Positions 42,721 through 53,261 of a stretch of 64,000 nucleotides of DNA are shown one piece after another. Each line of letters starts with the position of its first letter. The stretch's first letter is position 1. Source of the stretch: Prochlorococcus sp. AG-347-J20 (GTDB lineage Bacteria > Cyanobacteriota > Cyanobacteriia > PCC-6307 > Cyanobiaceae); NCBI GenBank assembly GCA_003281485.1, contig QCBW01000008.1:2925-66924 (forward strand). The letters run 5' to 3'. The translations under genes were made by a program, and so were the position numbers. Under the pieces are notes generated by a model. It worked only from the letters and a program-made list of their open reading frames with translations. It had not been told where the DNA came from and ran no database searches.

Positions 42721-43824
42721 ATGGTGTTATTAAATAAAATCAAAAATAATTTACGTTTTAATTATAGAAAAAAAAGATGGCCGGGTTTAATTGAGGCTTA
42801 TAAACAATATCTTCCAGTCACAAAGAATACACCTATTATCTCTCTAAATGAAGGAAATACTCCACTAATTCTCAGTGACTCAATTAGTAAATTAATTGGA
42901 AATGGAACGAAGGTTTTCCTAAAATACGATGGCCTAAATCCTACAGGTTCTTTTAAAGATCGTGGAATGACAATGGCCATTAGCAAAGCAAAAGAAGAAG
43001 GTCGAGAAGCTGTAATTTGCGCAAGCACCGGAAATACATCTGCCGCTGCTGCTGCGTACGCTTCTAGAGGAGGATTGAAACCTTATGTTTTAATCCCAGA
43101 AGGATTTGTTGCACAGGGCAAACTTGCACAAGCTTTAATGTATGGAGCTGAAATAATATCAATAAATGGGAATTTTGATAAAGCTCTCGAAATTGTGAGG
43201 GATTTATCTTCAGAACAACCAATAGAATTGGTTAATTCAGTTAATCCATACAGAATTCAAGGACAAAAAACAGCCGCTTTTGAAATTATAGATGATTTAG
43301 GTTTTGCTCCTGATTGGCTTTGCATTCCAATGGGTAATGCAGGAAATATAACTGCATATTGGATGGGATTTAAAGAATATTCAAAAATAAAGAGGAACAT
43401 CAAATTGCCAATTATGATGGGATTTCAATCAGAAGGATCTGCTCCATTAGTAAAAAATATAATAGTTGAAAATCCAGAAACAATTGCAACAGCAATAAGA
43501 ATTGGAAACCCTGTTAATAGAGAAAAAGCGAAACAAGTAAAAAAAGAAAGCAAGGGAGACTTTCAATCAGTTACAGATCAAGAAATAATTAATGCTTATA
43601 AAATCCTGGCGAAGGAAGGTGTATTTTGTGAACCTGCAAGTGCAGCATCAGTTGCTGGACTAATTAAAAATAAAAATAGAATTCAAAAAGAATCAACTAT
43701 TGTGTGTGTTCTTACTGGAAATGGATTGAAAGATCCTGATTGCGCAATTAAAAACAATGATGCAGTTTTTAGGAAAAATATTGAACCATCATTAAAAAAT
43801 ATTACCAAAATCTTAGGATATTAA
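42721..43824 (+). CDS. thrC: Threonine synthase
   Basis: 367 aa. PLP-lysine motif [10 protein letters not shown] and ASTGNTSAA. Confidence 0.95.
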   Translation: MVLLNKIKNNLRFNYRKKRWPGLIEAYKQYLPVTKNTPIISLNEGNTPLILSDSISKLIGNGTKVFLKYDGLNPTGSFKDRGMTMAISKAKEEGREAVICASTGNTSAAAAAYASRGGLKPYVLIPEGFVAQGKLAQALMYGAEIISINGNFDKALEIVRDLSSEQPIELVNSVNPYRIQGQKTAAFEIIDDLGFAPDWLCIPMGNAGNITAYWMGFKEYSKIKRNIKLPIMMGFQSEGSAPLVKNIIVENPETIATAIRIGNPVNREKAKQVKKESKGDFQSVTDQEIINAYKILAKEGVFCEPASAASVAGLIKNKNRIQKESTIVCVLTGNGLKDPDCAIKNNDAVFRKNIEPSLKNITKILGY

Positions 43825-44160
43825 AATCCAATAAAATTAGTGTCTGTGGATATCAATTAAAATTAAAATTTCTTTGTTGAAAAACATTTAAAAAATAATT
43901 AATTTTGTTGAATATTTTTTTCTTTATCTAAAAAGCTTTTAATTATTCAACAATTAAAAAAATTTTTCCACTAATTTTACTTCTCCAGAATTAAGTAAGG
44001 AGGGATTCTTCATTTAGATTTCCACAGTTTCCACAGATACTACTACTATTATTAAATTTTTTTTATTATTAATATAATAAGAAAAAGAAGAGTAGATATA
44101 AGTTATTGAATTTAATTAGCGATAAAAGTATATTGAATGTGTAAAAAGTGCGAAATTGCA
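43825..44160. other. Putative chromosomal replication origin (oriC): DnaA-box cluster plus A/T tract upstream of dnaN
   Basis: This is the largest non-coding gap in the window. DnaA-box-like 9-mers, each 1 mismatch from TTATCCACA/TTTTCCACA: TGTGGATAT 43845..43853 (reverse orientation), TTTTCCACT 43964..43972, ATTTCCACA 44018..44026 and GTTTCCACA 44027..44035 (tandem). A nearly pure A/T tract follows at about 44041..44095. Confidence 0.65.
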
Positions 44161-45318
44161 ATGGAGATTATTTGTAATCAAAATGAGTTAAATAATGCTA
44201 TACAATTTGTAAGCAAAGCTGTTTCTTCAAGACCAACGCATCCAATTCTTGCAAATATACTTTTAACAGCTGATCAAGGAACCAATAAAATTAGCTTGAC
44301 AGGTTTTGATCTGAATCTAGGAATTCAAACTTCTATTGACGGGACTGTTAAAAATAGTGGTGCTATTACAATACCTTCCAAACTTTTATCTGAAATAGTA
44401 AATAAATTACCTAATGAGACCCCTGTTTCTTTAGAAGTAGATGAAAACTCAGATAATATCTTAATAAAAAGTGATAGAGGTTCTTTTAATCTTAAAGGAA
44501 TACCATCAGATGATTATCCAAACTTACCATTTGTTGAAAGTGGTACTTCTTTAAATATTGAACCAAGTTCTTTTTTAAAAGCTTTGAAATCTACTATTTT
44601 TGCAAGTAGTAATGACGAATCAAAGCAGTTGCTTACAGGGGTTAATTTTAGCTTTAAACAAAACTATTTAGAATCTGCCTCTACTGATGGTCATAGGCTT
44701 GCTGTAGCATTGATTGGTAACGATGAAAATAAAAAAAATAAAGAGACCGTTTATTCAAATGAAGAAGATTTGTCAGTAACTATTCCAACAAGATCATTAA
44801 GAGAAATTGAGAAATTAGTAACTTTAAGAAGTTCAGAAAATTCAATAAAACTTTTTTATGATAAAGGTCAAGTGGTTTTTATCACTTCAAATCAAATAAT
44901 TACAACAAGAACACTTGAAGGAACCTATCCGAATTACTCACAATTAATTCCAGATAATTTTTCTAAGGTTTTGAATTTTAATACTAAAAAATTAATTGAT
45001 GCATTAGAAAGAATTGCTGTTTTAGCTGATCAGCAGAGTAGTGTTGTTAAATTCAAACTTGATAATTCAGATTTAGCTTCAATAAGTGCCGACGCACAAG
45101 ATATTGGAAATGCAAATGAATCTATACCTGTTTCTTACTCTGGAGAAAATTTTGATATCGCATTTAATGTTAGATACCTTTTAGAGGGTTTAAAAGTAAT
45201 TGCTTGTGAAAATGTACTATTGAAGTGCAATCTTGCAACTACTCCAGCTGTCTTTGTCCCAGAAGATAATCTTAATTCTTATACATATCTAGTTATGCCT
45301 GTTCAGGTTCGTTCTTAA
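44161..45318 (+). CDS. dnaN: DNA polymerase III beta sliding clamp
   Basis: Three-domain beta-clamp-like sequence. The start was trimmed from 44137 to ATG 44161 (MEIICNQNELNNAIQFVSKAV), the canonical clamp N-terminus. Confidence 0.95.
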   Translation: MEIICNQNELNNAIQFVSKAVSSRPTHPILANILLTADQGTNKISLTGFDLNLGIQTSIDGTVKNSGAITIPSKLLSEIVNKLPNETPVSLEVDENSDNILIKSDRGSFNLKGIPSDDYPNLPFVESGTSLNIEPSSFLKALKSTIFASSNDESKQLLTGVNFSFKQNYLESASTDGHRLAVALIGNDENKKNKETVYSNEEDLSVTIPTRSLREIEKLVTLRSSENSIKLFYDKGQVVFITSNQIITTRTLEGTYPNYSQLIPDNFSKVLNFNTKKLIDALERIAVLADQQSSVVKFKLDNSDLASISADAQDIGNANESIPVSYSGENFDIAFNVRYLLEGLKVIACENVLLKCNLATTPAVFVPEDNLNSYTYLVMPVQVRS

Positions 45319-45319
45319 G

Positions 45320-46027
45320 TTGAAATTACCTAAAGAAATCTTATTAAGTGAACTATTAAATTACAATGTTAAAGGAAATAGGGCCCTTAATTATGGAATT
45401 GGTGAAAATGTTTGGATGCATCCTCCTGTCCATAGAATTTTAGGATGGTCATCTCGTCCTTCAAATTTTGATTTAAAACGAAATGTTTGGCGATTAAATC
45501 AAATTAATCAATTAATAGATGGTGATGTTTATGTTAAAGGTGATCCAGCTATTTCGGATTTGGCAACATTAAATAGGTTTCCAACATTAATAGAAGCTAA
45601 TTTGATTAATATAAATGGCTCAAAGATTGGGGTAATAGCTGATTTTTTATTTGATATGAAGACGGGTGAAATTAAATATTATTTAGTTTCAAGATCTAAT
45701 CCAAAGATTCCAGGGTCTAGTAGATGGAAATTAAAAATTGAGAATATTAATGATCAACAACCTGGGTTAGTATTTTGTGAAAGCATATCTTTAAATGATT
45801 TATCATTAGTAAAATCAAGTATTAAAAATGATTTTTTTCAAAAAGGAAAAAAAATTATTGATAAATTTGAAGATATGAAAAATATAGCTTCAAATAAGTT
45901 AGAGAGTTGGCTTGATGAAGATGAAGATATAAACCAAAATTTAGATTTTAATCAAAAAAGTTTTTATAATGAAGATAGAATATCTAGATCTTTCAGAGAT
46001 AAAAGAGAAGATGACCCTTGGATATAA
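45320..46027 (+). CDS. Conserved hypothetical protein with PRC-barrel-like repeats and an acidic tail
   Basis: 235 aa with a TTG start 1 nt after dnaN. LIEANLININGSKIGVIADFLFDMKTGEIKYYLVS resembles the PRC-barrel pattern (G.kiG.v.D...d..tG.i..lvv). A weaker similar segment lies near the N-terminus. Confidence 0.65.
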   Translation: MKLPKEILLSELLNYNVKGNRALNYGIGENVWMHPPVHRILGWSSRPSNFDLKRNVWRLNQINQLIDGDVYVKGDPAISDLATLNRFPTLIEANLININGSKIGVIADFLFDMKTGEIKYYLVSRSNPKIPGSSRWKLKIENINDQQPGLVFCESISLNDLSLVKSSIKNDFFQKGKKIIDKFEDMKNIASNKLESWLDEDEDINQNLDFNQKSFYNEDRISRSFRDKREDDPWI

Positions 46028-46030
46028 ATA

Positions 46031-48376
46031 ATGATAAATCCAGAAAATAATGATCTTTATGATCTTAATGAAGCACTAAAAGTTGAAAACTTAACAATTC
46101 AAGATTACGAAGAGATTTGCAAAAGATTAAGCAGAAAACCTAATAGGACCGAACTAGGGATGTTTGGCGTTATGTGGTCTGAACATTGTTGTTATAGAAA
46201 TTCAAAACCTTTATTAACTAAATTCCCCACTAAAGGAAAAAATGTTTTGGTTGGTCCTGGAGAAAATGCTGGTGTTATTGATGTTGGAAATAACCAAAAA
46301 CTTGTTTTTAAAATAGAAAGTCATAATCATCCATCTGCTATTGAACCCTTTCAAGGAGCGGCAACCGGTGTTGGTGGAATATTGAGAGATATTTTCACTA
46401 TGGGAGCGAGACCAATTGCAGTGTTAAATTCATTGAGATTTGGAAATCTTAATAATCCATCAAATATTGATTTGCTTAGAGGTGTTGTCTCTGGTATTGC
46501 TCACTACGGCAATTGTGTTGGTGTCCCTACTGTTGGAGGAGAAATTGACTTCGATGATAGTTATTCAGGAAATCCTCTAGTCAACGTTATGGCTTTGGGA
46601 CTTTTAGAGACAAATGAAATCGTCTGTTCCGGAGCTAATAATGTGGGATCACCAGTACTATATGTTGGTAATACTACTGGGAAAGATGGCGTTGGTGGAG
46701 CTAGTTTTGCAAGCTCTGAATTAACCACTAATTCATTAGATGATAGACCTGCTGTGCAAGTAGGTGATCCATTTATTGAGAAAAGTCTTATTGAAGCTTG
46801 TTTAGATGCTTTTAAGACAGGAGATGTAATTGCCGCTCAAGACATGGGTGCAGCAGGCTTAACGTGCAGTAGTGCAGAAATGGCAGCAAATGGAAAGTTA
46901 GGTATATCTATTAATTTGGATTTAGTTCCTTCTAGAGAGGATAATATGTCTTCATATCAATATTTATTATCTGAATCTCAAGAGAGAATGTTGTTTGTCG
47001 TAAAAAAACAAAAAATTGATTACCTTATTGATAAATTTAATAAATGGGGATTACATGCAAAAGTAATTGGTGAAGTAATAGAAAAAAATGAGGTCATTAT
47101 TTCTCATAAAAATAAAACAGTAGCAAAAATACCAACCTCTGCTTTATCTGATGATACTCCTTTTAATATTCATAATGTTATGAAAAATCCTCCTGATTTT
47201 TTGTTGAAGAAGTGGGAATGGAAAGAAAATAATTTGCCAGAAATTAATGAGGGAAAAATATTTTCATTAAAGGAAAATAAGAGTTTTTCATATTCTCAAA
47301 TTATTTTAAAACTTCTTACTATTCCCTCAATAGCATCTAAAAGATGGATTTATAAACAATATGACTATCAAGTACAATCTAATACAGTTTTTAAGCCTGG
47401 AGAATCAGATGCTGCTGTAATAAGATTAAGAGAACAAAACGAAAAAAGTAAAAGTAAAGTATTTTCTGGAGTTGCAGCTTCAGTTGACTGTAATAGTAGA
47501 TGGGTTTCTCTTGATCCTTTTAGGGGGGCAATTGCTGCAGTTGCTGAATCTGCAAGAAATGTTAGCTGCGTTGGGGCTGAACCAGTAGCGATCACAAATA
47601 ATTTAAATTTTTCTTCTCCTGAGACTGAAATAGGATATTGGCAACTCTCATCTGCATGTGATGGAATTTCTGAAGCATGTAAGGCTTTAGAAACCCCTGT
47701 AACTGGAGGAAATGTTTCTCTTTATAATGAATCAAAAAATAAAAATAATGAAATTACTCCTATAAAACCTACTCCAGTCATTGGAATGGTAGGGAAGATA
47801 GATAATATTAAAAAAGCTATAAGTAGCGGATGGAAAAATTTTAATGATCAAATTTGGTTAATTGGTTCTAATAAATCAGAAACAACTATTTCAGCTAGCT
47901 CTTATTTAGAATATTTTCATGGAGAAATTAAGGGTCGTCCTCCAAAAATTGATTTGTATGACGAAAAGTCTTGTCAGAGTTTTTTAAGAAGTGCGATTAC
48001 ACAAGATTTTATAGTTTCTTCACATGATATTAGTGATGGCGGTTTAGCTATAGCTTTAGCAGAGTGTTGCATTTTATCTGCAAAAGGTGCCACGATAGAA
48101 TTGCAAAAAGGCCTTAAAAGAAATGATAATTTATTGTTCGCAGAAGGAGGCTCTAGGATTATTTTCTCAATAGATAAAATGAAAGAAAAAGAATGGCTCG
48201 ATTATCTAAAAAAAAGTCAAATAAATTCTAAATCGAGTTTATTTGTAAAAAAATTAGGATATGTTTCAAGTCAAAGTCTTAAAATACAAATTCAAGATAA
48301 CAATATCTGCAACATTAGGGTTGAGGAATTAACCGAAAAATTTAATAATAGTATTTCAGACCACTTATCTATATGA
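46031..48376 (+). CDS. purL: Phosphoribosylformylglycinamidine synthase subunit II
   Basis: 781 aa. FGVMWSEHCCY, ESHNHPS and duplicated AIR-synthase-like domains. Confidence 0.96.
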   Translation: MINPENNDLYDLNEALKVENLTIQDYEEICKRLSRKPNRTELGMFGVMWSEHCCYRNSKPLLTKFPTKGKNVLVGPGENAGVIDVGNNQKLVFKIESHNHPSAIEPFQGAATGVGGILRDIFTMGARPIAVLNSLRFGNLNNPSNIDLLRGVVSGIAHYGNCVGVPTVGGEIDFDDSYSGNPLVNVMALGLLETNEIVCSGANNVGSPVLYVGNTTGKDGVGGASFASSELTTNSLDDRPAVQVGDPFIEKSLIEACLDAFKTGDVIAAQDMGAAGLTCSSAEMAANGKLGISINLDLVPSREDNMSSYQYLLSESQERMLFVVKKQKIDYLIDKFNKWGLHAKVIGEVIEKNEVIISHKNKTVAKIPTSALSDDTPFNIHNVMKNPPDFLLKKWEWKENNLPEINEGKIFSLKENKSFSYSQIILKLLTIPSIASKRWIYKQYDYQVQSNTVFKPGESDAAVIRLREQNEKSKSKVFSGVAASVDCNSRWVSLDPFRGAIAAVAESARNVSCVGAEPVAITNNLNFSSPETEIGYWQLSSACDGISEACKALETPVTGGNVSLYNESKNKNNEITPIKPTPVIGMVGKIDNIKKAISSGWKNFNDQIWLIGSNKSETTISASSYLEYFHGEIKGRPPKIDLYDEKSCQSFLRSAITQDFIVSSHDISDGGLAIALAECCILSAKGATIELQKGLKRNDNLLFAEGGSRIIFSIDKMKEKEWLDYLKKSQINSKSSLFVKKLGYVSSQSLKIQIQDNNICNIRVEELTEKFNNSISDHLSI

Positions 48377-48417
48377 AACACATTTCTCAAATATCAAAAT
48401 TTTTAAGAAATTAAGTT

Positions 48418-49878
48418 ATGTGTGGAATAGTTGGAATCGTTTCTTCAGATGATGTAAATCAGCAAATTTACGATAGTCTCTTGCTTTTACAGCATAGAGG
48501 TCAGGACTCAACAGGTATAGCTACAATGGAAAATACTATTTTCCATATACATAAGGCTAAAGGTCAGGTTAATACTGCTTATAGAACAAGAGATATGAGG
48601 AATTTAATCGGTAAGATTGGATTAGGTCATGTCAGGTATGCGACAAAGGGATCAGCAGAAAGTGTTGAAGAAGCTCAGCCTTTTTATGTTAATGCTCCTT
48701 ATGGAATTGTTTTGATACATAATGGTAATTTGACAAATACTAGAGATTTAGAAAAACAATTATTTAATGTTGATAAGCGTCATACAAATTCTTCAAGTGA
48801 TACTGAAATGCTATTAAATATATTTGCGACAGAGTTGCAAGAACAAATTCATAATCAAGAATTAGAACCAGATATTATTTTTGATGCCGTTAAATCTTTA
48901 CATAAAAGAATTCAGGGATCATACGCTTCAATAGCATTAATTTCAGGACATGGTTTATTAGCATTCAGAGATCCCTTTGGCATAAGACCTTTAGTGATAG
49001 GAAAAAGACTTTCATCAATTACAAAAAAAGAAGAGTGGATGGTTGCCAGTGAATCCTTAGTTCTAGAAAATAATGATTATCAAGTAGTTAGAGATGTAGA
49101 TCCTGGAGAAGCTATTTTTATTAATTTAAATGGCGAATTTTTCTCAAAGCAATGTTCAGAAAATCCAATTTTATGTCCATGTGCTTTTGAATATGTTTAT
49201 TTAGCTAGACCAGATTCAATTATGAATGGAATTTCAGTTTATAAAGCTCGTTTAAAAATGGGAGATTATTTATCTGAAACTATTAAAGAGACTATTAATT
49301 CTGGAGATATTGATGTAGTAATGCCTATTCCTGATTCTTCTCGTCCTGCGGCTATGCAAGTTGCAAGACAGTTAGGTATCGAATACAGAGAAGGGTTTTT
49401 TAAAAATAGATATGTTGGTAGAACTTTCATAATGCCTGGCCAGCAAAAACGCAAGAAATCAGTCAGACAAAAATTAAATGCAATGAGTGCTGAGTTTAAA
49501 AATAAAAATGTATTAATCGTAGATGATTCTATAGTGAGAGGAACTACTTCAAAAGAAATTGTCCAGATGGCTAAAGATGCAGGAGCAAATAAAGTTTTCT
49601 TTACATCAGCAGCTCCTCCTGTTCGTTTTCCTCATGTTTACGGAATTAATATGCCTAATAGAGATGAACTAATAGCACATGATAAAACAATCAGTGAAAT
49701 TGCCGATCAACTTGATATCGATAATCTCGTTTATCAAAGTGTTGAAAATCTACGCAAATCTATAATAAGCGATTCTCCTATTAAAGATTTAGAAATGAGC
49801 TGTTTTACTGGTTCTTACGTAACTGGAACAGTAAATCAGGAGTATCTAAATTGGGTCGAAGATGAATATAAATCTTAA
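48418..49878 (+). CDS. purF: Amidophosphoribosyltransferase
   Basis: MCGIVG Ntn-amidotransferase N-terminus and a PRTase motif [13 protein letters not shown]. Confidence 0.97.
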   Translation: MCGIVGIVSSDDVNQQIYDSLLLLQHRGQDSTGIATMENTIFHIHKAKGQVNTAYRTRDMRNLIGKIGLGHVRYATKGSAESVEEAQPFYVNAPYGIVLIHNGNLTNTRDLEKQLFNVDKRHTNSSSDTEMLLNIFATELQEQIHNQELEPDIIFDAVKSLHKRIQGSYASIALISGHGLLAFRDPFGIRPLVIGKRLSSITKKEEWMVASESLVLENNDYQVVRDVDPGEAIFINLNGEFFSKQCSENPILCPCAFEYVYLARPDSIMNGISVYKARLKMGDYLSETIKETINSGDIDVVMPIPDSSRPAAMQVARQLGIEYREGFFKNRYVGRTFIMPGQQKRKKSVRQKLNAMSAEFKNKNVLIVDDSIVRGTTSKEIVQMAKDAGANKVFFTSAAPPVRFPHVYGINMPNRDELIAHDKTISEIADQLDIDNLVYQSVENLRKSIISDSPIKDLEMSCFTGSYVTGTVNQEYLNWVEDEYKS

Positions 49879-52316
49879 TTCATAAATTTTTTTATTTTAA
49901 AACAGTTTTCAATATGTTCATTTTCATTTAATTTTAAAGAGTCAATTAAAAAATTTGTTTTGTTATTTTTGAACTCTAATTTATTAAAATCTAACCTAGC
50001 TGATTTATTTTTATTAGTTTCAATATCAAGGTAATGATTACTAGGCAAAACCTTTAGAAAGTAATCATTTTTAAGTTGTGTTTTTTCGTTTAAATATCCT
50101 AAGCTATATTCATTTGCGAAATAAATTTCATTATTTTTTATGCAAAAGATTTTTCCTTGCTTGGAAATTAAATAAATATTTTCTTCATTTTGACAAGGAC
50201 AACATGAAACAATCTTTTCAGTTGGGAAAAGTTTTGTAAGCACTAACCCTTGAGATTGTTTAGTAGTAGGAGCTACAAATTTATTTGATAAATTGAATTT
50301 CAATATTCTTCCTATTGAGGTTAATATTATTAAATTTTTTTCTTCATCTAAAACAAAGGAATCAATAGTTTTAATATTATTTTTTAATTTCGTTATTGAG
50401 AAAGATCTATTACTTTTAAACATATCCTCGTCAAATAAAACTTTTTTAAATTTTCCATCTGAATTTAGGATACATAAATAATTTTTAACTTCTTTTTTTA
50501 TTGAATGAAAATTAATTATTTCATTTGGATCAATATTTCCAAAGATTCTATTGTCTAATTTATAGTCATTACTTATGTTTGATTTCCAATCAATATTAAT
50601 AACTTTTCCAGTATGAGTTATTCCAATTATTTTTAAATTTTTATCAATATCACAAATAAATTTTAGAATATTTTTATTATCTATTATTTTATTTGCATCT
50701 TCAAAAGATTTTTTATAGTTATTTAAAATCATTTTCTTTAGGTATAGTCTATTATCTATACATAATTTAGTTTTTTTGTTGATAAGGTCTACTAATATCT
50801 GACTATTTATTACCTGTAGTTCTTCATTTTCATTTATATTTTTAAGTAGTTTAGTTTTTCTTTTAATATTATATTTTTTCTTTAATATTAGTAATTCTTC
50901 TACTAGTAACTTAAGTAGTAGTTTTCTTTCATTTAATAATTTCTGAAAATAATCCTTTTCTTCTTGCAATTTTTTAATATCGTCGTTTACTTGATTTCTT
51001 TCTAAATTAGTTAATTTTTTAAGTGGCATTTCTAAAACTGAATTTGACTGTTTTTCACTTAGAAAGAATTTTGCAATTAATTTCGATTTAGCTTCTGCTG
51101 AATTCTCTGAGTTTTCGATAATTTCAATAACTTTTTTTATATCTCTTGTCGCTCTGGATAAACCTTCATATATTTCAAGTTTTTCAACTGTATTTTTTAG
51201 AAAATAATTAGTTCTTTTTCTAATTGTTTCTTCCCTAAATTTAAGAAAATAATTAAGATATTCTTTTAGGTTTAGTTGGATAGGCTTGCCGTTAATTAAA
51301 GCTAAAAAAATTGCACCAAAGTTTGTTTGGAGAGATGTTTTTTTATATAAATTAGAAGTTACAAGTTCCGCATTCGAATCTTTTTTTAACTCTATTACAA
51401 TTCTCATTCCATCTCTATCGCTTTCATCTCTTATATCAGAGATCCCATTAATTTTGCTTGAATTAACAAGTTCTGCCAGCTTTTCGATCCAACCTGCCTT
51501 ACTAATTTGATAAGGAAGTTCTGTAATGATTAATGCATTTTTTTTATGTTTTCCTTTGCCTAAATTTATTTCTTCATTCTTTATTACTCCCCTTATTGTT
51601 ATTGATCCTTTTCCTGTTTTGTAAAGCTCTTCTATTGCTTGACTATAAATTAATTCTCCTCCTGTGGGAAAATCAGGTCCTTTAATAATATTTGAAAGTT
51701 TTTTATCGCTTACTTCTTTATTTTCAACTAAAGCAATTAAACCATCTACTATTTCCCCTAGGTTGTGAGGGGGAATATTTGTTGCCATTCCAACAGCTAT
51801 ACCTGATGATCCATTTAATAATAAAAATGGAAGTTGAGCTGGTAAAACTTCTGGTTCTTTTTGTGAACCGTCAAAGTTATTTGAGAAATTTACTGTTTCT
51901 GATCCAATCTCTTCAAGAAATCCTTTATGAGCTATGGGAGCTAATCTAGTTTCAGTATATCTCATTGCTGCAGGTGGATCATTATCAACAGATCCAAAGT
52001 TTCCATGTCCGTCCAAAGTAGGATACTTTGTTGAAAAATTTTGTACTAGTCTTACCAATGCATCATATACTGCTTGATCTCCATGAGGATGATACTTTCC
52101 AAGTACATCTCCAACAACTCTTGCGCACTTCCTGAATGGCCTATCAGGTGTCAAACCTAATTCGTACATAGCAAATAGTATTCTTCTTTGAACAGGCTTA
52201 AGACCGTCTCTTGCATCGGGAAGAGCTCGACCAACTATTACGCTCATTGCATATTCTAGATAAGAACGTTGCATTTCTTCTTGGAGAGAGATAGAAGTAA
52301 ATTTGTTCTTATCCAT
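49875..52316 (-). CDS. DNA gyrase/topoisomerase IV subunit A paralogue (GyrA/ParC-like)
   Basis: The N-terminal about 480 aa form a well-conserved breakage-reunion domain ([17 protein letters not shown], catalytic Tyr in AAMRYTE). The C-terminal about 330 aa are N/K/I-rich and weakly conserved, and I could not find a GyrA-box (QRRGGKG). Confidence 0.85.
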   Translation of the reverse strand: MDKNKFTSISLQEEMQRSYLEYAMSVIVGRALPDARDGLKPVQRRILFAMYELGLTPDRPFRKCARVVGDVLGKYHPHGDQAVYDALVRLVQNFSTKYPTLDGHGNFGSVDNDPPAAMRYTETRLAPIAHKGFLEEIGSETVNFSNNFDGSQKEPEVLPAQLPFLLLNGSSGIAVGMATNIPPHNLGEIVDGLIALVENKEVSDKKLSNIIKGPDFPTGGELIYSQAIEELYKTGKGSITIRGVIKNEEINLGKGKHKKNALIITELPYQISKAGWIEKLAELVNSSKINGISDIRDESDRDGMRIVIELKKDSNAELVTSNLYKKTSLQTNFGAIFLALINGKPIQLNLKEYLNYFLKFREETIRKRTNYFLKNTVEKLEIYEGLSRATRDIKKVIEIIENSENSAEAKSKLIAKFFLSEKQSNSVLEMPLKKLTNLERNQVNDDIKKLQEEKDYFQKLLNERKLLLKLLVEELLILKKKYNIKRKTKLLKNINENEELQVINSQILVDLINKKTKLCIDNRLYLKKMILNNYKKSFEDANKIIDNKNILKFICDIDKNLKIIGITHTGKVINIDWKSNISNDYKLDNRIFGNIDPNEIINFHSIKKEVKNYLCILNSDGKFKKVLFDEDMFKSNRSFSITKLKNNIKTIDSFVLDEEKNLIILTSIGRILKFNLSNKFVAPTTKQSQGLVLTKLFPTEKIVSCCPCQNEENIYLISKQGKIFCIKNNEIYFANEYSLGYLNEKTQLKNDYFLKVLPSNHYLDIETNKNKSARLDFNKLEFKNNKTNFLIDSLKLNENEHIENCFKIKKFMN

Positions 52317-52393
52317 CTGAGTTTAAAATTAAATATTTATTGATTAATTAAATTAAGACTAATAGGTAAACAAATATTTTCCAGTATTGAAAA

Positions 52394-53257
52394 TCAAGAA
52401 GATCCATTTATTTTGGATTTTGCTAATATTACATCTGTTTGAAGTTGATCATTTTGTAACAGAATTTCGGTTGAGGTTTGTAATTTTTCACCCCATAACT
52501 GTTCTTTTCTATAATCATAATTAACATAGTTAGGATCTTTATTTAAAGCCTCTTTTGCGAGTTCAATTGCTAATTTAATATTTTTCGATCTTAAACATGA
52601 AGCAAGACCTAGTAATGGTTCAGCATTTTTTTGAATTGAGCTTGCTTGTTCAAAAAGTTTTATTGATAGATTTATTTTGTTTTTCTCGAAATAAACTAAA
52701 CCTTTATTATTTATTGCTTGCCAGAAATCAGGTTTAATTTCTAAAGATTTATTAAATAATTTGATTGCCTCTGAATAATTTTTTTCCATTAAATATATAT
52801 TTCCTAATTGAAAAATAGCTTTATAGTTATTTGGATCGATTTTTAATCCACCTTCTAAAGCTTTTTTAGCATTTTGAAATTCTACAATTTTTAAGTAAAT
52901 GTTACTTTTAGCAAAGTATATTTCGCTTATATTTGGATTAATTTTTTCTGCTTTATTTAAAGAATTTAATGCTTTTCTATATAATTTGTTAGCTAACTGT
53001 GTTTCAGCCAAAATTAACCATAGTTTTTCATTTGAATTATTAATTTTTACAGCTAATTTTGCTACGTTAAGGCTTTCTTCAAATTGACCAAAATATAAAA
53101 GTTCATAAGCATTTTTCCCAATAGATAAACTATCATTTTCTAAATTTTTAATTGTTGGAAAATAATAATAGGGTACTAGTGATTGAAGCTGTTCTACTTT
53201 TAAAAAGTAAAAACTGATTAAAGAAACACATATTATTGTTTTAAAAAACTTTTTCAT
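52394..53257 (-). CDS. TPR-repeat protein with N-terminal signal/anchor
   Basis: 287 aa. Hydrophobic N-terminus MKKFFKTIICVSLISFYFL, then several 34-aa TPR-like repeats (A..Y...G......Y..A...F..AL...P). Confidence 0.8.
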   Translation of the reverse strand: MKKFFKTIICVSLISFYFLKVEQLQSLVPYYYFPTIKNLENDSLSIGKNAYELLYFGQFEESLNVAKLAVKINNSNEKLWLILAETQLANKLYRKALNSLNKAEKINPNISEIYFAKSNIYLKIVEFQNAKKALEGGLKIDPNNYKAIFQLGNIYLMEKNYSEAIKLFNKSLEIKPDFWQAINNKGLVYFEKNKINLSIKLFEQASSIQKNAEPLLGLASCLRSKNIKLAIELAKEALNKDPNYVNYDYRKEQLWGEKLQTSTEILLQNDQLQTDVILAKSKINGSS

Positions 53258-53261
53258 ATAC

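Noticed and set aside
44137-44160. Over-extended N-termini in the ORF track: dnaN 44137, aroE 29448, msrB 61575, DUF3134-like 32374, DUF1400-like 42117, rpsF 30467, mazG 3511
   Set aside because: The internal ATGs give canonical family N-termini and remove overlaps with neighbouring genes or control regions. The extensions are low-complexity or hydrophobic read-through of spacers.
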